The notes under the pieces are model-generated. The model was given only the letters and a program-made list of their open reading frames with translations. It ran no database searches and was not told the DNA's origin. Below, piece by piece: positions 54,175 to 64,000 of a stretch of DNA of 64,000 nucleotides. Source of the DNA: Eledone cirrhosa (taxonomy: Eukaryota); NCBI GenBank assembly GCA_964016885.1, contig OZ024744.1, positions 70,308,001-70,372,000 on the forward strand. The letters are read 5' to 3'. Within the stretch, counting starts at the first letter, position 1; every line of letters starts with the position of its first letter. The position numbers were made by a program, and so were the translations under genes.

Positions 54175-57100
54175 CTGCAGTCAACGCGATCAGTCGCATA
54201 TTTTGGCGTGGGAGACTATTTATTCAATTTAAGATGAATACTATCTCCGACAGTAATGTCACAACTACAGTCATGTTGAATAACTGGTTATTCTTCTAAC
54301 TATATCTTCTGAAGACACCTTTTATTCAAATTCGTAGAGATATCCGACTAAATACATAATTCATTTTACAAGGATTTGCTACAAACAGCATGGCTGAACA
54401 CAACATCAACAACAACAACAATATCAGTGGAATACCAAAGAAAAACGAGAATGGTAAACAAAATTTATTCAGTTGTACCTACAGAAGAAATCGAAATTAT
54501 AAAGCGCATTTCTCTTGGAGTTGCGAACTTAATAATGATTTATTTAATTGTTATAAAATGGCAAAAAACAATCCCTCCATTGGCTATATGAACAGAATGA
54601 AGCTACACTGGGACGAAATGCACCCAGAGCTAAATTATTTCACAGCGAAACAATTACGCCAACAAGCGACGTTTGTTGAACGTAAAAATAAGATAAATCT
54701 TATTAATTGTAAGTCCCCCTCAACAAACATGGAATCAACACACGTGCTACAGGTCGCCATGCAACTAGACTTCCTAGCAGCCAGGTCGAACACCGCCTTG
54801 AAACAACTATGCCTGTAAGAAACTTGACACCACCTGTACCATCTAAGTCTACCTCGAATGCTGGGGAAAACACTATCGATAATAATAATAATCGAATAAA
54901 TGTGACACCACGTATACCATCCGAGTCTACCTCGACTGTTGTGGAAAATACTATCAATAATGATAATAATCAAAAGTATAAACAATTGAAAATTTCCCTC
55001 AACGAAATCTTCCAGAGGAAAATTAATTCATGTATCTCTCTTGCTGAACGTCTTAAAACAACAATGTTTAATAAAAAACCAAATAATGAAATATTACATG
55101 TTATTGACGAAATAGGGGATGAATATTTACGACGAGTAAAAAACCTCAAGATTTTGTCAAATCAACGCCTGTTTATATGCCTTAGAAACGACAGTGAAGC
55201 ATTATCTTGGTGATAGCAGAGATATTAACAAGAACAAAACACCACCAAAAATACCATCATATATAACTAAAATAGAAAACAAGATTGCTGACCTACGAAA
55301 AACCATAGGATATGTGACAATGCTCCTTACATGCAAACAAACACAAAAAACCTCACTCCTCACCAACAAAGAGTGAAAAATAAAATAGAGGCGATGTTTG
55401 GTAACAGTAGAACGAGAACTCTTCAATATAAGCTGATCACCCTCAAACAAGAATTGAGAGTTGTTAGCGAAAAACGCCGATACCTGAAGAAGGTAGATGA
55501 GAGAAAAATGCTTAATAAAAGATTCAGACGAAACCAAACATCAGTCTATAGAGATATGAAGAACAAAATAAAAAGAGTCACTGAGGCCCCATCCCAGAAA
55601 GACATAGATTTCTTTTGGAGCAAAATATGGGGTGAAAAGAAGAATTTCAACCAAGATGCAGTGTGGCTAAGAGAAATCCCAAAGAACTATTGCTCTTACA
55701 CTACAACAAAAACATACGAAATAAGTGAGGTACCCTTGAGACTGTAATAGGAAAACTCCAAGATAAGAAAACACCAGGAAGAGACATGATTGTCGGCTAC
55801 TGGTACAAAAAAACTGATATTCTATCGGAGGTATCTTACTGACCTCTACCAACAAGTTCTTAAAGGAGATACATTTATACCAGAATGGTTGACATTAGCA
55901 CAAACATTACTGGTCCCCAATAACAAAGACACCCACTTGGCAAAAACTACCGACCCATTGCATGCCAGAACCTGATGTATAAGATGTATACAGCCTGCCT
56001 CAACCTATTCCTCCAAGATCACTGTGAAAATAATATCATCATCACAGATGAACAAGCAGCTGGAAAGAAAGTGGTTTGGAGATGTGTTGAAAAACTCCTA
56101 ATCAACAAAACTGCGATGTCGGAGGTGCGACAACTTAGGAGGAATACGGCTACAGTCTGGCTGGACTACAGGAAAGCTTTCGATTCTGTTCCCCACTCTT
56201 GGTTGATAGAGGCCCTCCAATTTGCTAAAGTCCCAGACATTATTGTCAGAGCCATAGAGAGGCTGTCTTCTTCTTGTGCTACTATCCTAAGGTTAAAGAC
56301 AGAGACGGAGGACTCTATTTTCACTGATAAAATAAAATATCGCAGGGGTATATTTCGGGGGGACAGTCTCTCTGTAATATTATTCATCTTGTCATTAAAC
56401 CCCTTGTCCTTTCTGCTCAAGAAATGTGAGGGATACATCATTGGCTCACAGGAGGACAGAAATATGAACCTAACCCATATTTACTTTGTAGACGATCTGA
56501 AACTCTATGCCAAGAACATGGATGGGATGAAGAAAAATCTTGACTTGGTTACAACGTTCTCAAAGGATATAGGAATGGAGTTTGGCCAAGATAAATGCTC
56601 ATACATGACTGTAAAGCGGGGAAAAACAACAACCCAATCTAGCAACATTGTCATCAATGGCCTAACTGTTTCACCGATATCAGATGAGGACTGCTACACA
56701 TAGTTGGGGATAGATGAGAACATAGCCTATAATGGTATCTGTAATAAGGAACGCGTAACCAGGGAATACTACACCCGATTAAGAAAGATCTGGTCATCGG
56801 AATTCTCTGCGCAAAACAAAACAGTGTCTCACAATGTGTTTGCTGTGCCTGTCCTAACACCAACGTTTGGAATTCTCGATTGGACGATAGACGAAATCCG
56901 AGCAGTTGATGTTGGAACTCGAAAAATACTAAACAACACCGGAAACTTCCACATCAACAGTGACATAGGCCGCCTTTACTTGAAACGTAAGCAGGGGGGG
57001 GGCAGAGGCCTAACATCAGTCCAGACAACATTTGAATGTCGCATCAGATCCCTCCGACAACATCTACGAACATCAAAGCGTAGGAGCCCGTCTCTCGAGC

Positions 57101-58272
57101 AAGTCTATCTGCATAAAACAGATAAGATCATGAGAGTTGGGAAGGAACTCCTCGAGAGATATTCCTTGTGAGATAATCAAAAACTCACACCCAGGTATCG
57201 CAATGAATCCATGGATGAAAAACTGCATGCCTATCAGCATAAAATCATGCATGGATATGTTGCCAGTTAGCTCCAGAGTGACAGTAATATAGATAAGGAA
57301 AGTAGTCTATCTTGGACCAACAACCGCTATATTGGCTCCCACTTTGAAGGATACGCTTTTGCAATCCAAGAACAGGAGATTAACATGAAATACCTGATTC
57401 ACAAAAGAGATAGGGATGCAGGCAAAACACCTAGATGTGATAACAAGTGCAGACTCTGCAGAACTAACATCGAGGATATCATCCATGTCATCAGCAGCTG
57501 TCCAAATATGTCATCACGGTACTATCTACCTGTGAGGCATGATGTAGTGGCCAAAACACTGTACAATGCAGTTCGTAAAAAAGATAGCCCCGATAATAAA
57601 CACATTAAAAGCTACAGAAATGTGGAAGACATCCATGTACATAATATGAAAGAGTACTGGTGGAATGTTCTAGTAAAAACCCCAATAAAATGCAGGCATA
57701 ACAGACCAGATAATATGATATGGGACAGGTAAAAAAAAGCATGCTCAGAAGTGGAAATTAGCTGCCCAGCAGATGCCAATATAATATCAAAGATTAGCGA
57801 AAAGGAGAATATTTATGCAGAACTGATGAGAAATCTGCAGATACTCCACCCTGATTACACCTTCAGATTTATGCCTGTGATTATTGGGGCACTGGGGTAT
57901 ATTAGTAACTGCCTCAATACAAATCTTGAGAAGCTAGGCTTCACAGGAACAGAAAGAACACAAGTAGTTAGGAAATTACAAGTACAATCCATTAATGGAA
58001 CAGTAAAAATATGTAAAACATTCCAAAAATGTTGCATCTAATAACTCCATATACACATGTACAGATACAAAACATATACACATGCACACATACAACTCAA
58101 AACATACACATCCACACATCCATATCTACACATTCATGCATGCAGACATGCAGACATAATCTACCTAGTTGATGTTGTGTAAATTCCAATGAGAGAGTCT
58201 TGTGTCTATGTTAGAAACCGACTCTCTCTCTCTATTGGCAAACAAATTTGTGAAATTATAAAACCAAAAGAA
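54175..58272 (+). mobile_element. Near full-length R4/Dong-clade non-LTR retrotransposon inserted in (CATA)n
   Basis: (CATA)n on both flanks; one disrupted ORF with Myb-like N-terminus, RT, CCHC and restriction-like endonuclease. Confidence 0.9.
54390..58041 (+). pseudogene. Disrupted RT plus restriction-like endonuclease ORF
   Basis: WLDYRKAFDSVPH, GIFRGDSLS, YFVDDLKL, GGRGL, CRLC..E...HVISSC, RHD, RPD, EISCP, IIGALG; multiple stops and frameshifts. Confidence 0.92.
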
Positions 58273-58643
58273 CATACATACATGCATACATACATACATA
58301 CATACATACATACATACATACATACATACATACATACATACATACATACATACATACATACATACATACGTACATACATATATACTTAGACAGATACACA
58401 TGTTCGCCCATGCAGAAGTGAAAGGATGCACATAATACATTTAACATCGTGATTTCGCCCTCTCTCCTTTCAAAGATGAGGCTTCGAATCTTTTTCTACT
58501 TATGTGTCTTGTGTTACTCACATGGTCTTGAAATGACATGGAATACGAAACGGAAGTCTGAAATGCATCACATAATTTAACTATACCTGTGCGTCTAAGT
58601 GCATGTATGTACGTTTGCTTACATATATGTGTGTGTGTGTGCG

Positions 58644-58707
<64 letters not shown>

Positions 58708-58848
58708 TGTATGCATGTATAGAATGAGAAAGAAAGAGAGATATACAAAACATTCACACACTTATGCATATTTATGCAGATACACACATACACTCACTCA
58801 TAAGTGTATGTGTGTGTGTATGGGCGCTTGTGCGTGTGTAAATATATA

Positions 58849-58926
<78 letters not shown>

Positions 58927-59404
58927 CACATATATATACATATATATATATGTGTGTGTGTGTGAACGTTTGTGTGTGTGTGTGTGTGTGACTGTGTATA
59001 CACATACACACATTCACATTCATATTTATACATTCTAACCTATAATTGCATCGTTCATCCTCAATCCTATACCCCCATATCCCGTAAGTCTACCTTATCA
59101 CAACAAAAACACACCAAAGTCCAAACTCCAACGATTTACATTTAAAAGTCTTGCGCCATCTTGTAACAACATTTCTCCATCGCTAACAAAATATCCCATC
59201 TTTCTCAAATCGCATTTATAGATTATACAGATTAATATATCACATACATTATCATACATCTGACATCGTATCATCTATGTTATGATATCCTATATATATT
59301 TTCTAAGAATTTATATCGTTATCGGAAACTAAATCAACATTTAAAAATTTTGCGGCCGCGTCTTGTCTCTGTTGTTTTTCTGTTTTAAGTTTGTTTTTGA
59401 TATA

Positions 59405-59493
<89 letters not shown>

Positions 59494-59712
59494 GTGTGTG
59501 TGTGAGAGTGTGTCTTATTATCTTTCTATATATTTATAATGTGTAGTTTGCTTCTCTGCGTCTTCGTTCTGTTTTTCCTTTTTTTTCCTTTTTTTTCTTT
59601 TTTTTTACTTTATTTATTTTTATCTGGTGAGAGGGGTTCTTTCATTTTTATTGTTGTTTTTGTTTTTGTTCTGCTTTTGCAGTGTTCTTAATTCGCAAAG
59701 TCGTACAAAATT

Positions 59713-59746
<34 letters not shown>

Positions 59747-59776
59747 TGTATGTATGTATGTATGTATGTATGTATG

Positions 59777-60381
59777 TCAGGTCACCACTTGGTGCTACTG
59801 GTAACATGTATCCCAGTACAACCTGTCTCATGGTCGGGTCGTTGGCGACTAAACTGGCAACCCCACCAAGGTTTCTTGGTGAGGAGGGTGACTTTGGACA
59901 TCCTGCAGGACTAAAAACAAAACCTGTCAAAGGGCAAAGGAGCTCTTAAGAGTCAATGGCCATCCAAAATCACTGGGAGAGATGACCCCTTAGCCTTTGT
60001 CAAGGCAGAATTCTAGGAGAAGGAAAACTCTGATATAACACCTGCAACCCTGATGGTATCCAATGATGTTGACTTGTTCTTCTTTTTGGTAAATATCATC
60101 TTGGTTAAGAGAGTGGGACTGGCTTTGTGCAGTGCCTTTGCTCACTATAAAAGCTTCACGGCACAGGCATTGCTTTATATCTGGAGATCTCTCTGCACTT
60201 GTCGTCACATGGTACCATGGGCCCAGCACTATGTGTCAGTAATTGTCACAAGTGTAGTGTTTGTACCAGAGTTTTCAAGTCGCTGGCTGGACTAAAAAGT
60301 CACTCGTTCAGCGCATCGGTAGGGGTTCTCCCACATGGATATAAAGTAGTGGCCGTACTCGAAAACGAGTTGGCAGCCACC
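59777..60381 (+). mobile_element. Bipartite RTE-derived element (subfamily B) in (TATG)n
   Basis: 5' UTR-like half shared with subfamily A; 3' half encodes HKCSVCTRVFKSLAGLKSH, a C2H2-like finger as at the end of RTE/BovB ORFs. Confidence 0.8.
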
Positions 60382-60675
60382 ATGTATGTATGTATGTATG
60401 TATGTATGTATGTATCTACGTATGTATGTATGTTTATATGTATGTACGTATGCATGTATGTATGTACATATGCATGTATGTACGTATGTATGCATACATG
60501 TATGTATGTATTTATGTATGTATGCATGTATGCATGTATGTATAAATAAATGTATGTACGTATGTATGTATGTATGTATGTACGTACGTACGTATGTATG
60601 TATGTACATATGCACATATGTTTGTATGCATGCATGTATGTATTTATGTATGTATGTATGCCTGTATGCATGTAT

Positions 60676-60855
60676 GTCACATGGTACCATGGGCCCAGCA
60701 CTATGTGTCAATAATTGTCACAAGTGTAGTGTTTGTACCAGAGTTTTCAAGTCGCTGGTTGGACTAAAAAGTCACACTTGTTCAGCGCATCGGTAGGGGT
60801 TCTCCTACATGGATATAAAGTAGTGGCCGTACTCGAAAACGAGTTGGCAGCCACC
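60676..60855 (+). mobile_element. 5'-truncated subfamily B copy
   Basis: Near identical to 60204-60381; (ATGT)n tail. Confidence 0.85.
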
Positions 60856-61010
60856 ATGCATGTATGTATGTATGTATGTATGTATGTATGTATGTATGTA
60901 TGTATGTATGTATGTATGTATGTATGTATGTATGTATGTATGTACGTACGTACGTACGTACGTATGTATGTATGTATGTATGTATGTATGTATGTATGTA
61001 TGTATGTATG

Positions 61011-61041
<31 letters not shown>

Positions 61042-61306
61042 GTATGTATGTATATATAAATATATGTATGCTTGTATGCATGTATAAATGAATATATAAA
61101 TGTATGCATGTATGTATGTATGAATGTATGTATGTATGTATCTATGTACGAATGTACGTACGTATATCTCGAAATTTTCCAGAAAATTCCACAGCCACTT
61201 TTGAGCGGTGTTACATTATTTTTTTTTTTTTTCGCACTTTGCAAGCATCATCTTCCACCGTCAGTTCGCACTATCATGTTCTCTTTATTTGTGCGTCTGT
61301 GATCGG

Positions 61307-61488
61307 TCACCATATCCCTGCACGCATCACTTTGTGACCTGTTTGATAGGTTTGGGCGGGCACACTTAATGTCCTTTCATCGTATTCCCTGATGGCGTTG
61401 ATTTGTCTGCCGTTCTCTGATTCGACGTTGTATTCAAATATCTCAGGACAGTTTTTAGTGCTGCAAGTAACGTTTAATCCAGTAAAAC
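61307..61488 (-). CDS. Possible isolated terminal exon of unknown gene
   Basis: Unique, balanced-composition open frame (FTGLNVTCSTKNCPEIFEY..AGIW*) after a weak CAG acceptor; no recognised motif. Confidence 0.2.
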
Positions 61489-61532
61489 CTGTTGCATATT
61501 GCGCGTGCATGTATTATTTAAGTTTACCATAA

Positions 61533-61580
<48 letters not shown>

Positions 61581-61734
61581 GTTTGAATTTGTAAAGCCAA
61601 AACAATGCAGGTATGGACATAGAATAAAGAATGCAAATGCAAAAGATATTGTTGACAATACTTTTACCTTAGATTTACAAATTCAAACGTTTATACCTCA
61701 TTACACAATGCTTCAAGGGAATTATAACTTCCTC

Positions 61735-61815
<81 letters not shown>

Positions 61816-62026
61816 CCTAGTGATGACATTAACCTACATCCAGTGACAAGGCTCCGTTCGGGAGTTCAGGAGCTGTGTGGAATGTGGAGTTACACCTTAA
61901 TTGTTATCACTCCCAGATCTGCTCTGGCCCGGAGTCGTAGTACCTGTTAGGGCCCCATTTATGGGTTAAATAATTACCTTACTCGAGTGACGCTATTGAA
62001 AAGAATCTCGGCAATCTTACTCGGCC

Positions 62027-62059
<33 letters not shown>

Positions 62060-62065
62060 ATACTG

Positions 62066-62200
<135 letters not shown>

Positions 62201-62490
62201 AATATATCTACCGACATATGTATACAGATGCATACCTATGCTAGCAGATATATATGTTTTGTCTTAGTAACTTTGTAGTTCTATGCAGGGGAATGCAGAA
62301 CAATTATATGAAAGACGTAAATAAGAAAGTTATGAAAATTGACTTACTTACTAATATACATGTATATATATATGTATATATATATGTAAAAATAATAAAT
62401 TTGAAGACTAAAATCCAAAGAGGGTTCGATAAGGATAAATATATATCATATATATATTTTACCCACCCTAGATAGATATATATACATAAA

Positions 62491-63163
62491 GTTATGAAAC
62501 GAAAGGAGCTGTGTGGTTACTAAAAACAAGGTTTAGGATGGGGGTTAGGACGGAACAGGAGGGGAAAGGAAGAAAGGAGTTTCCATCGTCAGCTGTAAAA
62601 GTTTCCCGAACCCATGTTTCGGCGCTGAATTACAGGACATCGGTGTAGTTCGGGTGCGCCCGAGGCCTTTTATTAATCAAAAGGCCAGGTGGAAAAGGAG
62701 AGAGAAAGAAAGAAAAAAAGGGAAGAAAAAAGGAGAGAGAAAAAGAAAGAGAGGGAAAGGTGGAAGAACGGGGGGGGGGGGGAGATGAGGAGCCAGGAAG
62801 AAAGGGAAAAGGGGGAAAAATAGGAAAGGAATAGGAGAAAAAAGTGTACAGGTCCTATCGTGGGAAGACACAAGTGAAAGAAACATTCAAAAAAGTAACC
62901 ATGGAAAAATAGGGAAAGTAAGTTGTGGCGAACCTGGGAGACTTCAGCCTGGTGGTCAGCCTGGTGGTCAGCTACGACTCAGAGCTGGTATAATCGCGCT
63001 GCCTCTCACATAGACAGGGTAACCAAAAGTGAGGAGAAGGGAAAGGGAGATAATCCAGAAGGGTTTTTTTTTACAACGGTAGTAAAAACGTGCCGCAAAG
63101 ATTGCGGACAGAGAGGCCACCACGGCACGTGTAAACATGTCAACAATCAAAACCGAACGGATG

Positions 63164-63248
<85 letters not shown>

Positions 63249-63679
63249 GAGAGTGAGGAGGAGAAGGGAAGAGAGAGGGGAGGGTTGATGCGAAAGTATG
63301 GAGGGAACATAGATCGACCAAAGCAGGAGGGTCACAGCGGTAAATACAAAACGTTATGAAACGAAAGGAGCTGTGTGGTTACTAAAAACAAGGTTTAGGA
63401 TGGGGGTTAGGACGGAACAGGAGGAGAAAAGAAGAAAAGAGTTTCCATCGTCAGCTGTAAATGTTTCCCGAACCCATGTTTCGGCGCTGAATTACAGGAC
63501 ATCGGTGTAGTTCGGGTGCGCCCGAGGCCTTTTATTAATCAAAAGGCCAGGTGGAAAAGGAGATGAGGAGAGAGGAAGAAAGAGGAAAGGGGGAAGAGGG
63601 GAAATAGGAAAGGAATAGGGGAAAAAAGTGTACAGGTCCCATCGTGGGAAGACACAGGTGAAAGAAACATGCAAAAAAG

Positions 63680-63681
<2 letters not shown>
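62491..63681. mobile_element. Element with ~330-400-bp direct repeats (62491-62897, 63353-63681; period 862) ending in (TA)n
   Basis: GTTATGAAACGAAAGGAGCTGTGTGG...GAAAGAAACAT.CAAAAAAGTA present twice. Confidence 0.75.
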
Positions 63682-63710
<29 letters not shown>

Positions 63711-64000
63711 ACTAGAAATTGATTGAAATATATATATTTAAAATAAACACATGAAACAATCACAGGGAGTAATTTGTAAAGTGTGTAACCACACACAGCC
63801 AGGTAGGTAACTAATTAAAGTTTAACTAGAACTTCAAATTTTACCTTTTAAAATGATTAATCTTACTTGTATGTATTTCATTAAAGAAATATATTTCACC
63901 ATTAATCCGTAAAGTCACAGTAGTCAACGGATCTTCAGCAAAGGAGAAGATTTAACTATCTGTGTTTACACATCAAATGCAAATCTGCGAATGACCCGTC

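Noticed and set aside
60199-60310. Host C2H2 zinc-finger gene
   Set aside because: Single finger inside a repeated element with an (ATGT)n tail
63885-63945. Minus-strand CTGAAGA-TCCGT..ACGGA..GAAA
   Set aside because: An 8-nt gap before GAAA and no stem I partner

Overview
AT-rich, microsatellite-saturated animal DNA. The SINE and repeat types resemble those I recall from octopus (coleoid cephalopod) genomes; this is an inference. No host gene is convincingly supported, and almost all listed ORFs are (TA)n/(CA)n/(CATA)n/(GA)n artefacts. The window is a retroelement graveyard organised by microsatellite type. (1) About 20 type-I hammerhead ribozyme (HHR) motifs from at least 8 unrelated short non-coding families sit mostly in or beside (TA)n tracts. 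Many lie in head-to-head fold-back structures, the footprint of Penelope-like elements (PLE) and retrozymes. One is a 688-bp tandem-unit element carrying a textbook GUC hammerhead (42311-43480). (2) A near full-length, decayed R4/Dong-clade RLE LINE and bipartite RTE-derived elements occupy (CATA)n/(TATG)n on opposite strands. (3) About 17 copies of a tRNA-derived SINE are present; its tail resembles the R4 3' UTR and its readable TSDs start with RTTA. (4) A deleted mariner with expanded ~100-bp TIRs, two hAT MITEs, and RTE/CRE fragments complete the picture. All structures were read by eye, so coordinates are approximate to a few bases.
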